From Monocercomonoides exilis PA203 (lineage: Eukaryota > Protista > Preaxostyla), in NCBI GenBank assembly GCA_001643675.2, contig LSRY02000028.1:186001-250000 (forward strand): 64,000 nt of DNA. The letters are read 5' to 3'. The translations under genes and the position numbers were made by a program. Shown piece by piece: positions 1-10,190 of the stretch. The notes beneath the pieces are model-generated. The model saw only the letters and a list, made by a program, of their open reading frames with translations. It was not told the origin of the DNA and searched no databases. Numbering within the stretch: the stretch's first letter is position 1; every line of letters starts with the position of its first letter.

Positions 1-770
1 GAGAGTATGTCATGGATATGATTATTCGAGTACAGGGAGTTGGAAATATCAGCACACCTAAAAGTGGGATTGGCTGAAGGACAAGACAATTTATGCCTCA
101 GTGAATGGAAATGATTTGATTGATCCGTGCGGGACGAATGAGTCAAATCCGTGCAAAACGGTGCAGAAGGCGTTTGAGATGTGCGAAATACAGATTAGCT
201 TGGCAATCACGCTGCTGGAAGGGAATCACACAAGCGAGACAACAACGATTGAGATTGGGGAAAAGAAGATTTCAGTCATTGGGAAAGGGAGGACGGAAAG
301 TTCGATTGGAACAGGAACACTTTCATCGGTAGGAACGCTGTTCAGTGTGTCAGCAGGTCACCTTGGTTTATTGCACATGAAGGTTGACTGCAACTCAAAT
401 GCAGGCCCTTCCCCGAGTGTGGTTGTGATATCTGATGGAGGTGGGTCACTCTCATTGGAGGATGTTGTGATCACCATGAGCAATACTGGAGAATATGTGA
501 TATCGTCATCAGTGTTTGTGGTGCTGCTGTTATAGCTATCGATGTCTGATGTGGAGATCAAAGATTTGAATATCTCAAAACCATTGTTCTCTGAGCCGAA
601 TCTATCTTCTTCATTCTCTTTATCTGCCCCGTTTTTGTCATCTACAACATCAGGAGAAAGCATTCTGGTGAACTTGTCCGTGAAGAATGTGAGGTTGACA
701 GAAGGAAATGGGGTGGTTGTTGCATCTGATGGGAGTGGATCGTCTTCTCTGAAGGTTGTTGAATCACGAA
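1..770 (+). pseudogene. Degraded fragment of a lineage-specific expanded surface-protein family (beta-helix/adhesin-like repeats); 5' end lies outside the window
   Basis: One frame reads RVCHGYDY..HT*KWDWLKDKTIYASVNGNDLIDPCGTNESNPCKTV...VVLLL*LSMSDVEIK, with in-frame stops at 59-61 (TAA) and 533-535 (TAG). The 'CG.....PC.T' motif is shared with the 17560-25599 gene. Similarity is lost after ~730. Confidence 0.7.
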
Positions 771-1565
771 AAGCATCGAAGGAGTGTACGCAATATTACC
801 ACTTGCATTTAATACAAATTTACTGCAATCATAATCAAAATTTGTAAAAAAAAAAACACTTTGTTGCAAATGAATGTTTCTGATGTTGCGTGCTTTATCG
901 ATAAAAGTTAACTCGATCCATTGTCATTTTGATCACGCCCATTCAAAAAATATGTTTATTGCATAAAGGAAAATGAAATAAAAGAAATATAATGATTATT
1001 ATTTTTTATTATTGACGATTTTCCATTGTTTTCGACATAGCACAGAAAAGCCAATATATTTATGAGATTATTGGAATATTTATTTTTTCCAATCAAAAAG
1101 ACTTAATTTTTTAGTAATATTTGTAATCAATTTCGAGATTTTCATTGATCCTTAAAGATAATATCACATTTTTAATTAAAATCTGTGGGAAAATGTTTCA
1201 ATAATCTGTTCCAAAGGATTGATTGAGTCTCCTCTCAATCAAACAAATTGCTGTAAAGTCAGGTGAAAAAATGAATAGTCACTAAAACTTACTTTCTTTT
1301 GAATTCAGCTCGAAGAAATGAAGAAATAATCTTTTTTTCAAATCCCATAACAAGCATCTTGATAGAATAACTTTGCTTTACGACATGCTTCACGTACATT
1401 CACTGTTAAAAAAAATACTTATTTTTCTAAAAATCATTTTTGGAAATGCGAAAAATAATTAAAAATAAAAAATGACTAATCGAGTACGAAGTGAGTATAT
1501 AAGATATTATCAAACGGCATCGAAAAAATGAGTTGTTTTAATCCGCACTTATAATTCTAACTTTT

Positions 1566-4500
1566 TCATTCGATTTCAAAATCGCTATCTTCGCTATCTT
1601 CATTGATGCTGTTGTCAGAAACATCGTTTTCTGATTCCGATTCGTCAAATGAAAATGACTTCACAATTCTTTTTCGAAGTGACCTTTTTGAATTTGAATC
1701 GTCATCCTCATTTTCCGTCTTTTTTTGGCTTCTTTTTGCTGAAGTACTTTTTTCCTGTTCAACCTTCGATGTTTCAATCTTTTTCGATTGCTGAACAGAT
1801 GTTGTTGTTGTGGATGATGAAGTTGTTGATGATGCAGCTGAAGTTGCTGATGAAAGGCTTGACTGAGCAACCATTTTCACTTTTTGCATGAAAAGATCGT
1901 CTTCGTCATCGAATGAAATGCCTTTGAAAACAGACTTCTGAGTTGAAGCTGAAGTTTTGCCCTTCGCTTTCGGTGATGTTTTTGGTGATGTTTTAGCAGA
2001 TGCTTTTGAGGCTGCCTTTGGCGTTGCCTTTGGCTTTGATTTTGGCTTTACCGCAGGCGCTTTCTTTTTGTTGTCATCGTCAATTTCAAGCAGCAGGTCA
2101 TCATCGTCATCTTCATCGTCTTCGTCATCGTCAGCTATACGCTTTGAAGACGAACTACCAGATGATTTCACAGGAGACAAAGAAGGTGTAGTTGAAGGAG
2201 AGGCAGAAGGTGATGGAATGGCAGTATCAATAGCTTCTGAAGAAGCATTGAAGAGATCATTTGACTTTCTCTTCCTTTGATACACTCTGGGTCGTGGTGT
2301 AGTTGATTTTTCCTTTTCAATAAGTGAGTCAAAATCATCGTCATTCTCATCAGAGTCTTCTGACTCGTCATAAGCATCACTCACATGATCACTGAAGATG
2401 TTGAAGTCTTCGTTGTCATCAGATTCAACAGAAAATGAATCTTCATCATCTGAGTCTTGCTTCTTTGGCCTTCTTCTCTTTGTTGCAGCTGCACTTTTTG
2501 TTGATGTTTCTTTTGGGCTGGCTTTTCTTTTTACTTTTTTTGGCTGAACATCAACATCGTCTTCATCAATATCCATATCTCCGCTGCTTGCACTTGCTTG
2601 CTTGCTTTTTGCTGTTCGGGAAGTTGCTTTTCCAGATTTCGCTTCTTTCAATTTCTTCTTTGCAACCTCAGCTTCGAAGACACTCATTGACGAGAAATCT
2701 TCATTCATTGAAAAAGATGACGCTGAAGATGCAGACACAGATGCTGATGCAGAACCAGATGAGCCAGGGAAATCACTAAACTCAGAAGAGGAATATCCTG
2801 GTGTAGGAGTTGGAGATCCTGAAGGGATTGGCGTCAATGACGGAGTTGGAATATCGTCAGTGGGTAAAAGAGATAATTCTTCTCCGCTTTTCCCCCTTGA
2901 GCCTCGCGTTTTCTTCACTGTTGGCAGCACAGGGTCAATGTACCTCCACTCGGATGTTTTCTGTGGCTCTGATGATTTATCTGCTTTTTTACCTTTTCCT
3001 TTCTTCTTTTTGTCAAAGTCAGCATCTGAATCTGAATCATCGCCTGATCTCTTTCCTCTTCCTCTGCCGCCTCTTCCTCCTCTTTCTCCTTTCTTCTTTG
3101 GAGTCTGCGCTAATATTTCTTTTCTTTTCTTTTCTTGCTTTTTCCAAGCTTCTTCAAATGCATCCAAGTCAGAGAGCCAAAGCTCATTCGAAGATTTTTG
3201 GGTTACAGTTTCAATCTCTTTTTCTTTAAGTTCTTTTTCTTTTAAAATGGCATCCACTTTTTCTTTTGTGAGATTGTAAATTGGCAGGCTCAGCAAGTAA
3301 TCATAACTCACTCCGGTTGCTTCTTTTGTTTTTGCTGTCGAGGAAGTTGATGCTGATGAAGCTGATGCTTTTCCACGGCCTCTGGCAGTTGAGGGTGCTG
3401 GCTCTTCTTCGTCTTCATCCTCATCCTCATCTTCTCCTTCTCCTTGCGATTCATTTGCTTCAGCCTCTTCCTCTTCACTAACAATGGATTTAACTTTGTG
3501 AAGGTTTCCAACAAGCAAATCAGCTGCTTCTGAACGGGGCATTCTATCAAAGTTGCGCTTTTCAAGATCTCTCTCAATCTCATTTTTGCGTTTGTTGTTC
3601 ACTGTTATTTTTTCATCAATGATTTCTTGAACGAATCGTGCTTTGTTCGACAATCTCTTCAGTTGCTCTCTCAGAATCTTCAGCATTGATTTCTTTCGTT
3701 CCATGTAGTATTCAAAACGAAGCTCACAAAATTCCTTCATAATCTCCAATGGTGATGCATACTGGCGAATCTTTCCGTATTTGTCGAACAGCGTCATGTT
3801 AGTGGTGTTAATTGGTGTAACAAGTCCTAGTTTTTTGTATGCGTCGGGGCCATCGAAATCGTGTTCATGCCCTTCCATCAAAGTGATGCTGAAATGAACT
3901 TGTGTGTGGGTGTGATATTGTCTGAAGTCTTTCACCCATATATCAGCCTTTGATTCAGATCCTTGATTCTCTTCCAACCATTCCTTATAATCGTCAGTCC
4001 ACTTTTGAATGGGAAGCTCAACAATCTCCACTGTATTTTCAGGAGTTATGTAGAATGTACCAAACGAATAGTACTTTCCTTCTGCTTCAGAATACAGTAT
4101 TTTCCCTTCAAAATCACGATACCACGGAGCCATAACTTCGAAGGGCTTTTGGTTGATGAAGTTTCGAATGTTATTAAGGATATCTGCAGGTGAAAAGCAA
4201 GGCACTTTCGTTGACCATCCAGTTCCAATACCGTCTGCACCATTGACAAGGCACATCGGAATGATGGGAACATACCACTCAGGCTCGATTGGCATACCAT
4301 CATCATCCAGATACTTCAGCAATCTGTCGTCTTCTTCTCGAAAGATCAGTCTTGCAAGCGGATTCAGCTTTGTGAAAATGTAACGAGCAGACGCAGCATC
4401 TTTGCCACCTGACAGACGTGTACCGAATTGACCAGAAGGAACAAGAAGATTGATGTTGTTGCTTCCGACGAAATCACGTGCAAGGTTAACAATCGTTGAC

Positions 4501-6740
4501 TGAAGTGACTGTTCACCGTGATGGTATGATGATACTTCTGCAACGTATCCAGAAAGCTGGGCAACTTTAATTTCATTCTTAAGATTACGCTTAAAGCAGG
4601 CATATAAAATCTTTCGTTGTCCAGGCTTAAATCCATCAACAACAGATGGAATAGATCTCATACAATCAGCACGTGAAAACTGGATAAGTTCTTTGTTAAT
4701 GAAATCTGGGTATGGAACAACATCATCTGTTGAATCCAGTGAATCTCCTTCTTTGTATGAGTTCAGCCAGTCTTTTCTGTGATCTGCTCTCTTCTTTGAA
4801 AAAGCCAGATCAATAGCGTCTGAGCATTGTCTGTCATCTGTCCAAACAAAGTCCTTTTGATGGCGATCAAGATCGAAGAAGTACTCTTTCGCTTCAGCAG
4901 GTGTGGAGGTACCCAGACCCTTATAGTACTTGATCTTCCATCCGCGGGTGCCGTTCCTCTGCCTCCATTCCTCAAACGATGATTCAGTGTAAAATGACTT
5001 CACTGTTTTTCCTTTCGTTGCTTTGATGATTGGTGTGATGAACTCCTGCATAAAGCCGTTGTATTTCAAAAGAGATGGCCACATCTTTTCGAACATGTTG
5101 ATGAGAAGTCCCTTGATGTGAGACCCATCATGATCCTGATCAGCCATAATCATCAGATGCCCATATCTCAGATCCTTAATATCATCATAATGTTTGCCTT
5201 GCTGAAGCCCCATGATTTTCTTTATATTTGTAAATTCAGCATTTTGCGACAGCTGTGATGCTGTTGCATCTCTCACATTGATCACTTTACCTCTCAGTGG
5301 AAACACTCCATAATTGTCTCTACCAATCACTCCAAGCCCTGCAACAGCAAGCGATTTGGCAGAATCTCCTTCGGTCAGAATAAGTGTGCAGTTACGCGCA
5401 TTACGAGTACCAGCCATGTTGGCATCTTCTAACTTTGGAATTCCGCGTACTCGAATTGTTTTCTTTCCATCAGTTCCTTTTTTGAGCTTTGAATCAGCTT
5501 GCTTTTGAGCTAACTGGAGCATTTGCTCCAAGACACCCATTTTCCCAAGCTTTTTTATGACCTCTTCGTCTATCACACATTCTTTCTTCACATCTGACTG
5601 GCAAACAAGTAACTTTGTTTTTTCTTGGGTAGTAAACGTTGGATTGAAAAGAAGGCAACGCACAAACAAGCATAACTGTTCTCTGACCATGGCTGTTGTA
5701 AACTTGGCAGATTTGTTTTTCTTTGCTGCTTCTTTAATTAGAACATCTGCAATTTTTGACACTACAAGATCAACATGTGGACCTCCGTCAAATGTATCGA
5801 TGGAATTCACAAAGCTCACTTGTCTAAAGCCATTCTTGCTCGGCATCGCAACGATTTCCCATCGATCACCGATTTTTACATGAATCATTTTGGGCTTTTT
5901 TGGTTGAAGTTCTTCTGTCTCTTCTTCGTCTTCTGTTGGGAAATCATACATTTTCACATATTCTTCAAAGTTTTTGAACTGAATTTGATCTCCGTTCAAA
6001 ATAACTTTTAAATTAATATTGCATGCTGCCATGTCAACTACTCGCTTGTACATCAGGGACAACAAGTCATGATCCATAACTTCCATATTAAAACGCTGCA
6101 AATCTGGTACGTATCTAATTTCTGTCAGATTGCCTTTCTTTTTTAGCTTTTCTTTTTCTTTTGCGCTTGTTGGAGTTGTTACACGGCCGTGTATTTGAAG
6201 CATATTTTCTGCGCAATGAAGTTCATATCTTTCTCCATCGCATATTGTAAGTACATCAAATTGCTTAGAAAATATATTCGTTAGCTTTGCACCAAGACCA
6301 TTAATGCCACCAGTCAATCTCTTTGTTGAAGTGTTGTAATTACTACTACTAAGTACATTCGCAAAAATCAATTCAGCGTTATAAATCTTGTGTTTTTCAT
6401 TTATTTTCACTGCAATTCCTCTTCCGTCATTTGCTACAGTTACAACGTTTTGCTCCGGATCAATGTTAACTTTTATAAAAGTCATTTTAATATCTTCTGT
6501 GTCTCTTTGCTTGTTATCTGATGCATTTACAAGCAACTCGTCAAAGACCTTTAACAGTACGGGAACATAAGATACTTCTTTTTGAACAATTTTTTTCTCT
6601 TCCGGTAAATAGATCCATCTTTTCCCAGTTATCAATGTTGAAGGTCCGGCAAATATTTCAGGCGCTTTATATGCGGCCTCTCGCATATCTCTTTTCTCAT
6701 ATTCTATTTCTTCAACAGGAGCTTTTTCAAATTCGGCCAT
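1566..6740 (-). CDS. TOP2: DNA topoisomerase II (type IIA), intronless
   Basis: GHKL motifs FDELLVNASDN and NDGRGI; TOPRIM motifs LTEGDSA, PLRGK and MADQDHDGSHIKGL; YYKGLGTS; DGFKPGQRK; catalytic Tyr in ASARYIFT; long acidic/basic C-terminal domain. Confidence 0.98.
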   Translation of the reverse strand: MAEFEKAPVEEIEYEKRDMREAAYKAPEIFAGPSTLITGKRWIYLPEEKKIVQKEVSYVPVLLKVFDELLVNASDNKQRDTEDIKMTFIKVNIDPEQNVVTVANDGRGIAVKINEKHKIYNAELIFANVLSSSNYNTSTKRLTGGINGLGAKLTNIFSKQFDVLTICDGERYELHCAENMLQIHGRVTTPTSAKEKEKLKKKGNLTEIRYVPDLQRFNMEVMDHDLLSLMYKRVVDMAACNINLKVILNGDQIQFKNFEEYVKMYDFPTEDEEETEELQPKKPKMIHVKIGDRWEIVAMPSKNGFRQVSFVNSIDTFDGGPHVDLVVSKIADVLIKEAAKKNKSAKFTTAMVREQLCLFVRCLLFNPTFTTQEKTKLLVCQSDVKKECVIDEEVIKKLGKMGVLEQMLQLAQKQADSKLKKGTDGKKTIRVRGIPKLEDANMAGTRNARNCTLILTEGDSAKSLAVAGLGVIGRDNYGVFPLRGKVINVRDATASQLSQNAEFTNIKKIMGLQQGKHYDDIKDLRYGHLMIMADQDHDGSHIKGLLINMFEKMWPSLLKYNGFMQEFITPIIKATKGKTVKSFYTESSFEEWRQRNGTRGWKIKYYKGLGTSTPAEAKEYFFDLDRHQKDFVWTDDRQCSDAIDLAFSKKRADHRKDWLNSYKEGDSLDSTDDVVPYPDFINKELIQFSRADCMRSIPSVVDGFKPGQRKILYACFKRNLKNEIKVAQLSGYVAEVSSYHHGEQSLQSTIVNLARDFVGSNNINLLVPSGQFGTRLSGGKDAASARYIFTKLNPLARLIFREEDDRLLKYLDDDGMPIEPEWYVPIIPMCLVNGADGIGTGWSTKVPCFSPADILNNIRNFINQKPFEVMAPWYRDFEGKILYSEAEGKYYSFGTFYITPENTVEIVELPIQKWTDDYKEWLEENQGSESKADIWVKDFRQYHTHTQVHFSITLMEGHEHDFDGPDAYKKLGLVTPINTTNMTLFDKYGKIRQYASPLEIMKEFCELRFEYYMERKKSMLKILREQLKRLSNKARFVQEIIDEKITVNNKRKNEIERDLEKRNFDRMPRSEAADLLVGNLHKVKSIVSEEEEAEANESQGEGEDEDEDEDEEEPAPSTARGRGKASASSASTSSTAKTKEATGVSYDYLLSLPIYNLTKEKVDAILKEKELKEKEIETVTQKSSNELWLSDLDAFEEAWKKQEKKRKEILAQTPKKKGERGGRGGRGRGKRSGDDSDSDADFDKKKKGKGKKADKSSEPQKTSEWRYIDPVLPTVKKTRGSRGKSGEELSLLPTDDIPTPSLTPIPSGSPTPTPGYSSSEFSDFPGSSGSASASVSASSASSFSMNEDFSSMSVFEAEVAKKKLKEAKSGKATSRTAKSKQASASSGDMDIDEDDVDVQPKKVKRKASPKETSTKSAAATKRRRPKKQDSDDEDSFSVESDDNEDFNIFSDHVSDAYDESEDSDENDDDFDSLIEKEKSTTPRPRVYQRKRKSNDLFNASSEAIDTAIPSPSASPSTTPSLSPVKSSGSSSSKRIADDDEDDEDDDDDLLLEIDDDNKKKAPAVKPKSKPKATPKAASKASAKTSPKTSPKAKGKTSASTQKSVFKGISFDDEDDLFMQKVKMVAQSSLSSATSAASSTTSSSTTTTSVQQSKKIETSKVEQEKSTSAKRSQKKTENEDDDSNSKRSLRKRIVKSFSFDESESENDVSDNSINEDSEDSDFEIE

Positions 6741-7159
6741 TTTTTCTTCCTACCAAAATTTATCAATTCAAAAAGAAAAATCCATAAATATTTGTTTGAT
6801 ATAAATTATTATTGAAATATTGAAGTATGTTTTATTCATAAATTTAAAAATGTGATTAAATTATGCTAATTTTTCAAGCCAAACCTATCTCGCTGCTCAA
6901 AGAAACGAGAAAAAAGAATTCCAGACAAAGAGAACCTTTTTAATTAAGGGAAGTTCATTTCACAAAGAAAATATTACAATAAAACATATGAAAAAATGGA
7001 TGTGTTAAGATGCAAATATATCTACATGATATTCCTCAAATTTCAAAATTTGAAGAATTCTCCGAGGCAACAATTTTAAAATAGTATAAGTTCAAATCTT
7101 CATTTGAAAAAGATTTTGTTACAAAATCAATCATAACAGGATAGTTCAGATCAAAAAGT

Positions 7160-10097
7160 TCAAGAAGGAGGCTGCGCATCTTCATGTGCAGAAGGAGCAG
7201 GCGCTGCGTGTGGAACCGACCCAGGTGATGCGCGGCTTGCCTTCATTCTCTGCAGAAGAGAAGAGAGAGAAGTCTTAGGAGGAGTAGCCACAGAGCTTGT
7301 GCTGGCTGAAAGAGGAGTGGAAAGAGAGGAAGAAGAAGAGAAAGAGGATGACATGGATGGTGATGTGGGTGTTGATGGTGGCTTGGCGAGAAAAGACGGC
7401 TGTTGAGATGAGGATGAGGCAGAAGCAGAAGCAGAAGACGGAACTGATGAAAAGAATGAAGATGGAATGGAAGAAGAAGATGATGATGATGATGAAGCTG
7501 AAGGCCTTGCAGAAAATCGAGAGCGAAACGAAGAAGACGACGAAGAAGAAGACGACGAAGAAGAAGAGCCAAACGCTGACTGACTTGCCGACATCTCCCC
7601 TCTTTCCATCTTCCCTTCATTCAAAATGCCCTTCTTCTTCTTCGAATAATCAACTGCTTTTTTGAGCAACTGTGCTGCTGTAGATGGAAGGACGCTCAGC
7701 CAGCGAAGAGGGAGCGGAATGAGCGACTGGGGCAAGCGGGTAGGGTGGAGTGAAAAGTCTTCTTTCTTCTTCTGAGCTGCTCGCTTCAGGGCAGGTGCTG
7801 ACAGTTGAACAGCGATGTGGAAGCGGAGGACGACAAAACCGCTGGATTCGGTGGAGAAGCCGTATTTGTTGACAAAGCGGACTGAGTGGCTGTACGGTTG
7901 AATAGATGAAGAGGAAGAGGAAGAAGAAGAAGAAGATGATGATGATTGCAAACTAGGTGATTCGCTTTCCAGTGTTCTCTTATTCAAGCTCTCAGCTGTC
8001 TGCAGAGGAAGCGACCTGTACTGCAGCTGCGGAAATGCTACATCCCTCGCGTCAAACACCTTCGGCCCTCCTCCAATAAACTTCTCCCTCAGCATTTCAG
8101 CGATCGTTGGAGTGGGCCGCCAGGCAGGCACCACTCTCACAGCAAACCCGGCGTCTGTTGGGAGATCGAGGCAGCAGTAGCCAACTGTCGTCTCTCTTTC
8201 TTCCACGGCAGCATTGTAGGCAGCAGAGAAAGGAGCAGCCATCAGCGGCAGAGGAAGCAGCGAGGACGACGTAGACGGCGTCACCACTGCCACAATCACA
8301 CGCGGAGGCTCTGCGGACATTCTTCGTGTCTCTGCTGGCAGAACGGCCTCTGCTTCAATGGGGAAGCCCAAATGTGTCTCTTTGCTGCCGAAAATACGGT
8401 TGGCCTTCGTTTTTCCTGTCTGAGTACGCCGTGCAATCGTACCGCCGCGCCGCAACTGATACGATCCGTCGGCTGAATAGTACTTGACAGAGCGAGGCAG
8501 AGGCTCTGGTGAAGAAGAAGAAGATGAAGAAGAAGAAGAAGAAGAAGATGATGATGATGATGATGATGATGAAGCAAAAGATGGATGCTGTAGCGATTCG
8601 TCAGTTTTTGTGCCTTTTGTTGTTGAGCTATCTTTCTTCAAAGGAGGAATTTTGCGACGTGACTGCTTTGCCAGTTTGTTCAGCCTCTTTCGTGTGACGG
8701 CTGCGTTGTCTTCTTCTTCGCTCTCATACATCTCCATATCTTCTTCCTCGTCATCTGCCCCTTCCTCTCCCTCGGCTCCATACTCATCCTCGTATTCAAT
8801 TCCTGTGTTGTTTTTGCCTTTTCTCTTCTTCTTTCTTATTCCACTCTGGTTTCCCATCTGAACCTCCTCCTCTTCCATATCTTGCTCCATATCGCTCTCG
8901 CTCAACAGGTCTTCTTCCTCCATTTCGTTTATCTCGTCGTAGTCGTCTGCCTCTCCACTGCTCCACCAGCCGTCTGGAAAATCAAGTGCCACATGTGCAG
9001 CGAGGTTTTTGTAGTCAAACCCGTACAGCGACGCCAGCTCGATGAAGTAGAAATACCGCAGATCGCCGTCGCGCGGGAGCGGAGACACAAACACTCCCTT
9101 CTGCATCGACGAGTCCCGCACTGCCGCTGCCTGCTCATAGACGCGCTGCTTCTCCAGCATCTCGCGGTTCTCGTCTTCGACAGAGCGCTTGATGCTGGCG
9201 TCTTCCAACGTGTACTCATACACGCAGTTGTTGAGCGTGGACCGGAAGCGGTATGGAGCATTGGATCCAGTCAGCAAAGGCGGGCGGATGTCGAGTCTGC
9301 CTGTGTCTGTGAGTGAGATTGTGCAGAGCAGTTCTTCTCCAAGTTGCACAGGCGTTTGCTCTCCATTCTTCATAACTTCTTCGACGATTGCTGCATATAT
9401 GTGCATCGATATTGAAGGAAAAGTTCTTCCTGTTTTTATTTCAAGTACTTCACCTTCATATAAATGCTTTTCTTGTATTACAAGTGTAGATAGAGAAGTG
9501 CTTTTGTTGAATATGTTATTTTGAGAAGAAAATGATTTTTTTATGAAAAAAATCTTGTGCAAACCTCTTTGATGTTGTATATTTTGCACCTAGAAAACTT
9601 TTTGGTACTTTTCCATCTTGAGCTGGATAAGTATAAATAATATTTCCCATATAGGTTCCATGAGATTGCTCCCACGCGGTTGAAATCTTATTGACATAAT
9701 CATACTCAATTGGGTTCTTGTCTTCAAGAAATTTATCTGCGTTTTGCCTATAGTACATAACTTCTCTAAGGGTTTTTTAATTTGGATATGATAATTTAAA
9801 TAATACAAGAACATCTTGAAACCTTGGAGAAAAAATCTTTTGCTGCCATCCAACGATTCCTGCCCAAATTTTCCCATCAGACAATTGAACACCATCCAAT
9901 AAAGTATTTGATTGCGGTTGTTGGTTTTCAGATTTTCCTTCTTTCTCTTCTGGAGGGTATTTCTTTAAAACAACTGCAATTTGAAAATTCTCAATTGGAT
10001 CAGTAAAAAAACTGTGCTGAACAAAAAGACGTCTTTGTTTTTCTTTTTCAAAATTAAATGTTAGACTTGGGCGAGCAGCAGTTCCTTTAATGTCCAT
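7160..10097 (-). CDS. MKS1: MKS1-like B9-C2 domain ciliary transition-zone protein; exons 10097-9823, 9765-9565, 9500-7160
   Basis: Colinear motif matches to MKS1 as I recall it: DPIENFQIAV, IVGWQQKIFS, MHIYA..ELLCTISL..G.LDIRP, LRYFYFIELASLYGFDY.NL..H..LDFPDGWWSS, GY..LDLP...G.....V.AWRP, FIGGG, NKYGFSTESSG.V.LRFH. Introns 9766-9822 and 9501-9564 (GT..AG) join three ORFs in frame. Confidence 0.85.
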
Positions 10098-10190
10098 TTT
10101 TAAAATTTTAAAAAAATATTAAAAAATAAACTGATCAAATTGCTCCATACTATAAAGGACGTTATTCCATTTATTTTTATTAATCTTTTA

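Noticed and set aside
1219-1242. Small hairpin TTGATTGAG-N6-CTCAATCAA
   Set aside because: A 9-bp AT-rich stem is expected by chance, and a eukaryotic context gives no reason to call a terminator.
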